Part shown: positions 9,707-18,470 of the stretch, one piece after another
Layout: every line of letters begins with the position of its first letter
Position numbering within the stretch: the stretch's first letter is position 1
NCBI GenBank assembly: GCA_041601615.1
Contig: JBFIHX010000007.1
Coordinates: forward strand, 1-64,000
DNA: 64,000 nt
Direction of reading: 5' to 3'
From: Thermoplasmatota archaeon
GTDB lineage: Archaea; Thermoplasmatota; E2; JACPAO01; JAHFTW01
Made by a program: the position numbers and the translations under genes
The notes under the pieces: model-generated
What the model was told of the DNA's origin: nothing
Seen by the model: only the letters and a program-made list of their open reading frames with translations
Database searches by the model: none

Positions 9707-9865
9707 ATGCAGTCTTGGCTGACCATCCTTCTCATCGTGCTCGTTCTGGCGTTCCTACTTGGGGGCATTGGGTGGTTTCTCGCAGGCATCCTTCGCATCA
9801 TCCTCATTGTGGTCCTGATTGTGCTCGCCATCGGCCTCGTTGCCCGATTGCTTCGGGCGGTTTGA
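9707..9865 (+). CDS. Small (52 aa) two-helix membrane protein
   Basis: MQSWLTILLIVLVLAFLLGGIGWFLAGILRIILIVVLIVLAIGLVARLLRAV; below the ORF-track cut-off; host-like codons. Confidence 0.75.
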   Translation: MQSWLTILLIVLVLAFLLGGIGWFLAGILRIILIVVLIVLAIGLVARLLRAV

Positions 9866-9941
9866 CCCGTCGAAGCCGCCGGACCCAAACTCGCTTCGAC
9901 GCCGGCGGCACCTTGAACCCCATTCGCTCCGTCCATGCTCT

Positions 9942-11195
9942 GTGCGCACCCCGCACCAGGTTCGCAACCGCTACTACCTCATCGTCTTGCTCTACAACCT
10001 CAGCGCCAGCCTCATCTGGGGCGTCAATACCCTCTTTTTGCTCAACGCAGGCCTGGACTTGTTCGAGACCTTCGTAGCAAATGCGTTCTTCACTGCAGGC
10101 CAAGTACTGTTTGAGATTCCCACCGGTGTTGCCGCGGACACGGTGGGACGCAGGTTTTCCTTCCTCGCCAGCACCATCGTTCTTGCCATCGGCACCCTTG
10201 CCTATGTGGGACTTGCCGAGATTCACGCCGGCCTCATTCCGTTTGCCGCCGCCAGCGTCGTGCTCGGACTTGGATTCACCTTCTACTCGGGCGCCGTGGA
10301 AGCCTGGGTCGTGGACGCCCTGCACGCAGTCGGAGACGACGACACGGAGACCGTATTTGCACGCGGAGGCCAATTGTTCGGCGTCAGCCTACTCGTCGGC
10401 ACCGTCGGCGGCGGATTTCTTGGCCAACTCGACCTCTCCTACCCCTACCTACTGCGCACGGTGCTCCTGGTGCTGCTGTTCGGAGTCGCCTGGTGGGGCA
10501 TGCACGACAGCGGCTTCGAGCGCCGACCCTTCCGATGGCAAAAAGTACCCCAAGAAATGCGCCGCATCGTCAGCTCCAGCCTCGAACATGGCCTGCGCAA
10601 CCCCCCCGTGCGCCTCGTGATGTTCATGTCCGTGCTGCACATGGGGTTCCTGATGTGGGGCTGGTATGCCTGGCAACCCTACTTCCTAGACCTGCTCGGC
10701 CAGAATCTCATTTGGGTCGCAGGACTCATCGCCGCAGGTCTCGGGCTCGTGATGATCATCGGCGGCCAAATCGCCGCCTGGATCGGTGGGCGGTACCGTC
10801 GCAGCACCATCATCGCCGTGGCCGCCACTATCTTCAGCCTCGGTATGGTGGGAACAGGCCTCTCCGGATCGTTCTGGCCCGCCGTGGCGTCCTTTTTTGT
10901 CGGCATGACCGCATTTTCTGTCTCCAGCCCCATCCGCAGCGCTGCCCTACACGCCTGCATTCCAAGCGAGACCCGCGCCACGGTCGTAAGCTTCGACGGC
11001 CTCATGGGCAGCGCAGGCGGCGTCGCGAGCCAACCCGCGCTGGGTGCCTACGCACGCGCCGTCGGCATCGGGCCCGGATACATCCTAGGAGGCATCGCAA
11101 CGGCCCCCGTGGTTCTGCTGGCGCTCGGACTGAGGCGATACAAGAAAGCAGACCGAAGAGGGACCAAAACAGAACCCCTACCGCTCACACCTTAG
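9942..11195 (+). CDS. MFS transporter
   Basis: FEIPTGVAADTVGRRFS motif A; many hydrophobic segments; GTG start chosen. Confidence 0.92.
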   Translation: MRTPHQVRNRYYLIVLLYNLSASLIWGVNTLFLLNAGLDLFETFVANAFFTAGQVLFEIPTGVAADTVGRRFSFLASTIVLAIGTLAYVGLAEIHAGLIPFAAASVVLGLGFTFYSGAVEAWVVDALHAVGDDDTETVFARGGQLFGVSLLVGTVGGGFLGQLDLSYPYLLRTVLLVLLFGVAWWGMHDSGFERRPFRWQKVPQEMRRIVSSSLEHGLRNPPVRLVMFMSVLHMGFLMWGWYAWQPYFLDLLGQNLIWVAGLIAAGLGLVMIIGGQIAAWIGGRYRRSTIIAVAATIFSLGMVGTGLSGSFWPAVASFFVGMTAFSVSSPIRSAALHACIPSETRATVVSFDGLMGSAGGVASQPALGAYARAVGIGPGYILGGIATAPVVLLALGLRRYKKADRRGTKTEPLPLTP

Positions 11196-11330
11196 GGACT
11201 GAATGCGCCCCTAGTGCTACGCGAGGCCGGCCGGTCCGCCCGTTCAGGCCCGCTCCCCTGCGACACCGCGATAAACTCGGGCCGACTAGGACCACTCGTG
11301 AACCTTGGGGACGTGCGCAGGCTCTCCGCC

Positions 11331-11834
11331 ATGAACATCGCCCTCACAGCCCTCCTCCTCTTGTGGCTGGTCATGCTGAATCTGCACGCAGCCAGCCTCT
11401 TCGAATGGCGCTGGCCCCGCGAGGCGCTGACCCTCTTTCCACTCGCCGCCTGGATGTGGGTCGGCGTCGGCCTACTGATCGTCGTCATCACCAGCACCGC
11501 CCTCATCGTCCACGGCGTACAACAAGCACCCACCGACTTTGCCCGCGGCAGCGTCCGACAAGTACAGTGCCAAGAATGCAAAGCCGTCTTCTTCATCCAC
11601 GACACCGGCCACCGACCCCTCACACACATTTGCCCTAGCTGCAAGGCACTCGGTGTCTACGACGGCACCGCCCCACCCGTCGGCACGCCACCCATTCCCA
11701 AGAAGCCCCGCGAACTCGTGCGGCTTGATTTGACCTGCCAGTCCTGCAAGCACGGCTTCCACGTCACAGACACCGGCGTGCGCCCGCTACGCGTGCAGTG
11801 TCCCAAGTGTGAATCCGTCGGGAAAATTCAATGA
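11331..11834 (+). CDS. Membrane protein with two TM helices and two tandem C-terminal zinc ribbons
   Basis: CQEC...DTGHRP...CPSC and CQSC...DTGVRP...CPKC repeats. Confidence 0.8.
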   Translation: MNIALTALLLLWLVMLNLHAASLFEWRWPREALTLFPLAAWMWVGVGLLIVVITSTALIVHGVQQAPTDFARGSVRQVQCQECKAVFFIHDTGHRPLTHICPSCKALGVYDGTAPPVGTPPIPKKPRELVRLDLTCQSCKHGFHVTDTGVRPLRVQCPKCESVGKIQ

Positions 11835-12649
11835 GCGAAATCGCCAACCCACGCTTTGCCTTTGGCAAAAACTGGAGCCGATACGCACAAGCCGTCGAAG
11901 AAGCCCACCTCGACGCGGCGACCCATTCCCTCCAACAAATGCTGGAAAGCGAGAACCTGCAAGGCCAATCCTTTCTGGACATTGGCTGCGGCAGCGGCTT
12001 ATTCTCCGTCGTTGCCGCACGACTCGGAGCCCAAGTTCGCGCCTTCGACTACGACACGGACTCCGTCGAGACCACCCGCGCACTCTGGAACCGCTTCGGC
12101 CCCAGCAAGGCTCCGCTCCACCTGGAACAAGGCGACGTATTGGATGCGGCATACATGGAACGCCTCGGCACCCACGACATCGTCTACTCCTGGGGCGTTC
12201 TGCACCACACCGGCGCCATGTGGGACGCCATGAACCACGCCGCCGCCCGCGTCAGGCCCGGCGGGACTCTGTTCATTGCCCTCTACAACCATCAACCCTT
12301 CTGGAGCAGCTTCTGGAAGGTCACCAAGCGCACCTACTGCCGCGCCCCCCGGCCAGTCCAAGCCGCCATGTACGGCACCTACACCATCCAACAAACCGTG
12401 CGCGGATTCCTGGTGGATGTACTGCGCGGCCGCAACCCCCGCACACGCTACAAAGTCGGCATGCGCGGCATAACCATCCACCGCGACCGACTCGACTGGC
12501 TCGGCGGATACCCCTTTGAAGTCGCAACACCCGGCCAAGTGTTGCAATGGGCCGACGAACACGGATTCGATCTCGTTCGCTCCGAACTGGTGGGCCGGCG
12601 GCTGGGCTGCAACCAATATGTGTTCAGAAACAGGGCGAATGAGGCCTGA
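11831..12649 (+). CDS. Class I SAM-dependent methyltransferase
   Basis: RFAFGKNW, FLDIGCGSGL, YSWGVLHHTG; ATGA overlap with the upstream gene. Confidence 0.9.
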   Translation: MSEIANPRFAFGKNWSRYAQAVEEAHLDAATHSLQQMLESENLQGQSFLDIGCGSGLFSVVAARLGAQVRAFDYDTDSVETTRALWNRFGPSKAPLHLEQGDVLDAAYMERLGTHDIVYSWGVLHHTGAMWDAMNHAAARVRPGGTLFIALYNHQPFWSSFWKVTKRTYCRAPRPVQAAMYGTYTIQQTVRGFLVDVLRGRNPRTRYKVGMRGITIHRDRLDWLGGYPFEVATPGQVLQWADEHGFDLVRSELVGRRLGCNQYVFRNRANEA

Positions 12650-12718
12650 GGGAGCCGTCTGACCCATCGGGCACATACCTGGCGCCCGCCTTAGCACTCG
12701 AAGATCAAACTTCGGCCA

Positions 12719-13276
12719 TCATTCCAACGTCGCATGGCGCTGGCGCATGCCAGCCTCCGTCTCGCCAAGGCGCTCCATGAGCATGGCGATGACGCCGTCA
12801 AAAAACAGCCACGCGGCGGTCTCGAAGACAGTGCCGAGCGGGGCGTACTTGGCGCGCTCACCGTTGCCAGACCCAGGAACAAGGGGAATGGCAACGTGCG
12901 AGAGCCGGGCGACCTCACTGTCGGCATGGGCCGTGACCGCCACCACATGCGCGCCCTGCTTGCGGCCCAGTTCCGCGGTCATCACGACCGGGTAGGTGGT
13001 TCCGCTGCCGCTCACACACACGACCACGTCGTCGTTCTGTACCGGCGCCGTGATGGTCTCGCCCACCACGTACGTCTGGTAGCCTAGGTGCATGAGCCGC
13101 ACTGCGAAGGCCCTGGCCACGAAGCTGGACCTGCCGCGACCGTAGACGAACACGCGCCGCGCCGGCTCAAGGACATCCAAGAACTGGCGCAGTGCGGCAT
13201 CAGGCACATCCAGGGCTTCCCTGGTGGCTGCGTGGATCCAGTCGAGTGGTTCGCGCAGATCCATGCGGTGCTTCAC
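12719..13276 (-). CDS. hxlB: 6-phospho-3-hexuloisomerase (SIS domain)
   Basis: VYGRGRS, RLMHLG, VVGETITAP, SGSGTT, PLGTVFE, RHATLE. Confidence 0.9.
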   Translation of the reverse strand: MKHRMDLREPLDWIHAATREALDVPDAALRQFLDVLEPARRVFVYGRGRSSFVARAFAVRLMHLGYQTYVVGETITAPVQNDDVVVCVSGSGTTYPVVMTAELGRKQGAHVVAVTAHADSEVARLSHVAIPLVPGSGNGERAKYAPLGTVFETAAWLFFDGVIAMLMERLGETEAGMRQRHATLE

Positions 13277-14664
13277 TCCTTGGCGTTGCGAAGCAGCGGC
13301 ACGCCGTTGCGGTTGTAGGCGACTTCCTTGCCGTCAGGGACCTTGAAGACGAGGCTGAAGCCTTCCTTCTTGGTCTTGGAGAAGTAGTACCGCTCCTCCT
13401 TCTTGTAGAGCTTGTAGATCTCAGGCACATCCGACGGCGTCTGGTCGATGCCGTAGACGCGGGGCACACTCACTTGCTTGCGGCCAGAGTCGTCCGTTTG
13501 GGTGACCTCGGGAATCATGTTCTCGCAGAGGTCGCCGAGGGTGTGGCCGCGCCAGCCTTTGTGCTGAATGCAGAACTTCGCCTTCTCGCGGGCGTACTTC
13601 TTGCACGGCTCCAAGGTCTTCGTCAAGGCCTCGCAGGGGCGCTTGCGGGCAGCCTCCTCGGCCTTGCGCTTCTCTTCCTCGACGCGCTTGCGCTCGGCTT
13701 CGGCGTCCGCCTCGGCCTTCTTGATTGCCGCTTCCTCTTCTCGGACGCGCTTCTCTTCCTCTGCGATCTTCTTGCGCTCCTCGTCGCGTTTGCGCTTCTC
13801 TTCGGCCTCTTGGGCCTCGCGCATTTCGCGTGCGATGCGAGCGTCGCGGCGCTCCTTGACACGGTCGAAAACGATGTTCATGTACATCGCATCGTGCTCA
13901 AGAATCGGACTCGTGGAGATGATGGTGGCGCTGATGTTGTGCTCGAGGAGCACCTCACACAGTGGCTCGAACTTCAGGTCGCCCTTCTTGATCGGCAGGC
14001 GGTAGCGAGCGTTGCCATTCTCGTAGTGGATGCCCGTGAAGTGGACCAAGTGGTGCTTGATGCCCAGCGTTGCCAGGCGCTCGAAGACACCCAGGAAATC
14101 CTCCGGGTTTTGCAAAATGCCGTTGCCGCGAGCGTGGATGTGGGCAAAGTCCACGACGGGCACAATGCCCTTGACGCGGCTGCATACGTCCAACACCTCG
14201 TCGAGGGAGCCAAACACGTTGCGCTTGCCCATCACCTCGACGCCAAGGCGGGGTTTCCAGCCTTCGCGCACGAAGACATTGCGGATGTTGCGCAAGTTCT
14301 CGACCACACGATTGGCAGTCTCCTCCTTGCTCATCTCGCCGTAAAAACCCGGGTGAATGACCACGGTCTCAGCACCCATCAAGTGGGCAAGTCGTCCCGT
14401 GGCGAGGATTTTCTGCGCAGACATCTCAATGTTGCGCTCGTCGCCGGCCAGATTGATGTAGTACGGCGCCTTGACGTGCAACTCAATGCCCGCCTCCTCG
14501 GCCGTCTCACGCACCTTGATGGCGTCCTCCTCTGTCATCCGGATACCCCGGACAAACTGGACTTCCATCGCGTCCAACTCTAGGTTGCGCGTGTAGATGA
14601 TGCCGTCTCGCACCGTACGTCCCTTGCATGAAAGCGGTATACCCGCAGGTCCGAACTGGATCAT
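13273..14664 (-). CDS. nfo: Archaeal endonuclease IV-type TIM barrel with a long C-terminal extension (charged helix, C3H zinc finger, terminal small domain)
   Basis: FGPAGIP, MEVQFVRG, KAPYYINL, HPGFY, EVMGK..FGSLDE, DFAHIHAR, HFTGI. Confidence 0.85.
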   Translation of the reverse strand: MIQFGPAGIPLSCKGRTVRDGIIYTRNLELDAMEVQFVRGIRMTEEDAIKVRETAEEAGIELHVKAPYYINLAGDERNIEMSAQKILATGRLAHLMGAETVVIHPGFYGEMSKEETANRVVENLRNIRNVFVREGWKPRLGVEVMGKRNVFGSLDEVLDVCSRVKGIVPVVDFAHIHARGNGILQNPEDFLGVFERLATLGIKHHLVHFTGIHYENGNARYRLPIKKGDLKFEPLCEVLLEHNISATIISTSPILEHDAMYMNIVFDRVKERRDARIAREMREAQEAEEKRKRDEERKKIAEEEKRVREEEAAIKKAEADAEAERKRVEEEKRKAEEAARKRPCEALTKTLEPCKKYAREKAKFCIQHKGWRGHTLGDLCENMIPEVTQTDDSGRKQVSVPRVYGIDQTPSDVPEIYKLYKKEERYYFSKTKKEGFSLVFKVPDGKEVAYNRNGVPLLRNAKE

Positions 14665-14823
14665 ATGCGCCCCGAAGCGGGGCCGGCGAAGGTAGGTACC
14701 CTATAAAACGGCCGGGACGGGGCAAGCGACGCCGGGCAATCCGCCCGAGGGGCCAAAACGCCCATTTTGAACCAGTCTTCAAAGGCAATGGCCTTATGTG
14801 GCCGTTTTCTTGAAGGAGTCATA

Positions 14824-16014
14824 ATGTCGACCCGAGTGGATTCCCTCCGGAACACGCTCGACCACCTCGCGCTGGACACCCGAGCCAGTGAGGACCGTCG
14901 CTACCTAGTGTCCATGCTCCGGCGCCTGGGCTATAGCGACGCCGAGATCGAGGCTGAAATGGGCTCCCCTGTGAGCACGGGTTCGGAGGCCCGCGTCATC
15001 GAGGTGGAGTACGAGGGCCCCGTTGCTGGGACCCCGCGCTCCGCCGCCGGCCGCGAAACCACGTTCCAGGTGGCCCAACCCGGCGACGATGGCCTGACGT
15101 TCCGGCTCTCCGGCGACGACGGCCCCGCAGGCGCTGGCATCGAGGAAGTGCACGCAGCAGACCTCAGTGGCGTCGAATCGGACTTGGGCGACTGGGGCGA
15201 CGACTTCGAGCAGGGCGAACGCGACGACTTTACGAGCGTCGAAGGCGATGCGCCTGATGATTTTGGACCCAGCAGCACCGAGGACGGCGCTTTCACCTTC
15301 AACGATGGAGAGGACGAGGACGAAGAACTCGTGGAGTTCCGCGCCGTCGAGCGTCCAGATGTTGCGGTTGCGGCAGGCTGGCACGAAGCCGGCGACGCCG
15401 AAGCTGCTGGTTGGACCGAGGACACCACTCCCGAGTGGAATCCCGAAGCAACCGATGATCAGGCCGCTTCTGCTTGGGACACCGCAGCCAATGCGACCCA
15501 CGAGGAAACCGACGCCTGGAATACCCCGGCGGATGATTCTGCCTGGGATACAGCACCCGCCGCCTCCGAGTGGGACACCGCCGAGGAGACATCGGCGTGG
15601 ACCGAAGCCGAAACGGTCGAGGAAACCGCATGGCCCGAGGCAGAGCCAGATGCGAACCTGGATGAACAGGCCGCCTGGGCCGAAACTGAGCTGCCCGAAG
15701 CTACGCAAGCCTCAGAAGAAGCCGAGGAATGGGTGGACGCTGATGCCCCCGGCACCACTGCACCGACCACCACCGAGCCATGGCCCGAGCCAGAAGCCAT
15801 GCCGGAACCGGAACCCGCGGCGACCGAAGCGTACCACCACGGCGACTACGCCCTGTACACGCGCGAAGTGCAATTGAGCACCGGCCGCAAGCAACGCATC
15901 TTCTTCTTTGCCAAGAACGAGCCCCAGAGCGGCGACCCGTGTCCGCTTCCCGATGGCTACGAAGTCATCGAGAACGAGAAAACCGGCCTGCCGTTCCTGC
16001 GGCGCCAACGCTGA
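14824..16014 (+). CDS. Acidic low-complexity protein with W-x-T repeats and a C-terminal YxLY...FFF...GLPFL domain
   Basis: Long open frame with host codons; D/E-rich centre (AWDT/AWNT/EWDT); folded-looking C-terminal ~55 aa. Confidence 0.8.
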   Translation: MSTRVDSLRNTLDHLALDTRASEDRRYLVSMLRRLGYSDAEIEAEMGSPVSTGSEARVIEVEYEGPVAGTPRSAAGRETTFQVAQPGDDGLTFRLSGDDGPAGAGIEEVHAADLSGVESDLGDWGDDFEQGERDDFTSVEGDAPDDFGPSSTEDGAFTFNDGEDEDEELVEFRAVERPDVAVAAGWHEAGDAEAAGWTEDTTPEWNPEATDDQAASAWDTAANATHEETDAWNTPADDSAWDTAPAASEWDTAEETSAWTEAETVEETAWPEAEPDANLDEQAAWAETELPEATQASEEAEEWVDADAPGTTAPTTTEPWPEPEAMPEPEPAATEAYHHGDYALYTREVQLSTGRKQRIFFFAKNEPQSGDPCPLPDGYEVIENEKTGLPFLRRQR

Positions 16015-16034
16015 AGACAAGATCGGGGAACTTC

Positions 16035-16598
16035 ATGGCCGAAACGGGCGTCCGGGACATCCTTCGGGAGTCGCTGCCGCTTCTACTCGGCATGGCCATG
16101 CTGGAAGTCATCGCAGGCTCGTTTCTGGGCCGCATGGAAACCAGCCTTGAACGGTTGCCTGGCTTGCTTGCACTGGTTCCTGCCGTGCTCGCCATGCGCG
16201 GCAACATCAGCACCAGCATGGGCAGCCGCCTCGGCACCCTGACCCGGTTCGGATTGATTCCCCGCGACCGCTGGGTCAGCCCCCTCGTCTGGCACAATGT
16301 CACCGCGTCGTTGGTGCTGGGCGTGGTGCTCGCCTTTGTCGCCGCCGCCCTTGCCCACATTGTCACCGTCGCAGCCGGCCTCCCCTCCGCAGGCATCCTA
16401 CGCTTGGGCGCCATCGCCGTTTCCGCCGGCCTCCTATCAGGAGTCGTCATGGGAGGCGTCGCAATCGTCACAATGCGCATCGCGTTCCGGCGCGGCCTTG
16501 ACTTGGACAACGTCGCCGGCCCCGTGCTGATGACCATGAGCGACGTGTTCACGCTTCTGAGCCTATTTGCCATGGCGCTCCTGTTCGGAGGTGCCTGA
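16035..16598 (+). CDS. MgtE-family membrane domain protein (divalent cation transporter half 1)
   Basis: PAVLAMRGNISTSMGSRL, GLDLDNVAGPVLMTMSD. Confidence 0.88.
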   Translation: MAETGVRDILRESLPLLLGMAMLEVIAGSFLGRMETSLERLPGLLALVPAVLAMRGNISTSMGSRLGTLTRFGLIPRDRWVSPLVWHNVTASLVLGVVLAFVAAALAHIVTVAAGLPSAGILRLGAIAVSAGLLSGVVMGGVAIVTMRIAFRRGLDLDNVAGPVLMTMSDVFTLLSLFAMALLFGGA

Positions 16599-17170
16599 TG
16601 GAAGCAAACGTCCCGGCGCACGCAACCTGGAAAACCATCACCCTCCACTCCCTGCCGGTGCTTGGCGGCGCCGTGCTCATTGGCGTCCTTTCCGGGCAAA
16701 TCCTCGTCCACTTCCAGGACCGCCTCTTCGACATCCCTGTCCTGCTCGCCCTCATCCCCGCCGTAAACGGCATCGGCGGCAACGTCGGCAGTGTGCTCGG
16801 CTCCCGCGTCGCCTCCGGCCTCCACTTGGGCGGCCTCTGGAGCAACAACGCCCGCGGCTTCAAACGCGACATCCTCGCCAGCCTCGTGCTCGCCGCCGCC
16901 ACCTTCGCATTCCTGGGCGCATTCGCCCGACTCGCAGCCCCCTTCTTGGGCATCCGAATTACACTGGGCCTCGGGGAAATCGTCCTCGTGACCCTGCTGG
17001 CCGGCCTTGGCTTGATGCTCGTCATGGTCGTCCTCGTCATCCTCGTCGGGATGCTCAGCCACCGCTACGGCTGGGACCCCGACAACGTCGTCGTACCCGT
17101 GCTCACCACAGCCGGCGACACCCTCGGCATCGTCTTTCTCCTGCTTTCTGCGGGGGCCATCGGCCTATGA
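16598..17170 (+). CDS. MgtE-family membrane domain protein (half 2)
   Basis: PAVNGIGGNVGSVLGSR, GWDPDNVVVPVLTTAGD. Confidence 0.88.
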   Translation: MEANVPAHATWKTITLHSLPVLGGAVLIGVLSGQILVHFQDRLFDIPVLLALIPAVNGIGGNVGSVLGSRVASGLHLGGLWSNNARGFKRDILASLVLAAATFAFLGAFARLAAPFLGIRITLGLGEIVLVTLLAGLGLMLVMVVLVILVGMLSHRYGWDPDNVVVPVLTTAGDTLGIVFLLLSAGAIGL

Positions 17171-17793
17171 GACTCTGGAAAAAACGCACCATCGACACGT
17201 ACGAAGAAGTGGAGTACGAACCGCTCAACGTCCTTGAAATCCTCAAGGAAATGAAAGACCTGAGCGAACTCGCCACCGACCTCGCCTACAGCGCCCTCGT
17301 CCTCGATTCCGACCCGATCGGCGAGGAAGTAGAAGCGATTGCCAAGCGCATGGACTGGCTCAAGTACCAACTTCGACTGACCGCAAGCCTCGGTGTCCGC
17401 ACCAAGGAGGAAGCCGAGCAAGTCGCCGGCATTCTCCAAGTAGCAGACGCAAGCGAGCACATCGCCAACGCGGCCAGCGACATGATCGAACTCCTGGATG
17501 CCAACGTAAAACTGCGCCCCTTCCTGGGCAAAGTCTTCGAGGAAGCAGACGACCGCGTGGGCACCGTCAAGGTCGCCCCCGACTGCCGCCTCGTCGACCG
17601 CAGCCTCGGTGACCTGCGCATGGAGTCCGAAAACGGCGTCCGGGTCTTGGCGATCCGCCGTGGCAAACGCTGGATCTGCGACGCGGACGCATCAAGCATC
17701 ATCCGCGCCGACGACACCCTGCTGATCCGCGGCCAACGCGAGGGCGCCGAGCACCTCAAACGGTTCATCGCCGGCCAGGAGGAAATCCTATGA
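17167..17793 (+). CDS. PhoU-like plus TrkA-C (RCK_C) domain protein
   Basis: EMKDLSELATDLAYSA; GVRVLAIRRG...DDTLLIRG. Confidence 0.88.
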   Translation: MRLWKKRTIDTYEEVEYEPLNVLEILKEMKDLSELATDLAYSALVLDSDPIGEEVEAIAKRMDWLKYQLRLTASLGVRTKEEAEQVAGILQVADASEHIANAASDMIELLDANVKLRPFLGKVFEEADDRVGTVKVAPDCRLVDRSLGDLRMESENGVRVLAIRRGKRWICDADASSIIRADDTLLIRGQREGAEHLKRFIAGQEEIL

Positions 17794-18422
17794 GCACCAC
17801 CGCCACCTCAGCATCCACTGAGGCCAGTTCCTCCAAAGCCGCATCGCGCAAGGAACGCATCGAAGAGCTGCTGCTGGAGATGAAGGATACCAGCGAATTG
17901 ATGGTGGATCTTGCCTACTCCGCCGTGTTCTACCACAGCCAGAGCATTGCCAAGGAAGTTGCAGAACTCGAAGAAGACGTGGGCGAACACCTCACCCAAC
18001 TCCAGCGCCTCACCCTCGAAGCCGTCGAAGCCGGCACCCTGCCCGTGGACACCGCCCTCGTGCTCATCCGTGTCGCCCAAGGCGCCGAAGTCATCGCCAA
18101 CAGCGCCCTGGAGATCGCCGACGTGGTCCTTCGCGACGTGGAACTCCACCCGGTGCTCGCCGAAGCGATCCGCACCAGCGATTCCACCATCACCAAGGCG
18201 ACCATCCACGCCGAAAGCGAGTTCGCCGGCAAAACGCTACGCCAAGCCGAATTCGAAACCGAGACCGGCATGCGCGTGCTCGCCGTCAAACGCCACGCAC
18301 GCTGGCAAAGCGGCGTCGAAGGCGACTTCCGACTCGAATCCAACGACTTGCTCATCGCCACCGGACCCCAAGAAGCAGAACACGAATTCCTGCATCGCTG
18401 CGACCCGCACCACGAAGACTAA
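17790..18422 (+). CDS. PhoU-like plus TrkA-C domain protein (paralog)
   Basis: EMKDTSELMVDLAYSA; ETGMRVLAVKR...DLLIATG. Confidence 0.88.
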   Translation: MSTTATSASTEASSSKAASRKERIEELLLEMKDTSELMVDLAYSAVFYHSQSIAKEVAELEEDVGEHLTQLQRLTLEAVEAGTLPVDTALVLIRVAQGAEVIANSALEIADVVLRDVELHPVLAEAIRTSDSTITKATIHAESEFAGKTLRQAEFETETGMRVLAVKRHARWQSGVEGDFRLESNDLLIATGPQEAEHEFLHRCDPHHED

Positions 18423-18470
18423 CCTGGCGCTGCCCCCAGCCCCGACTGGCCCGAAATGCTCAGAAGCTAG

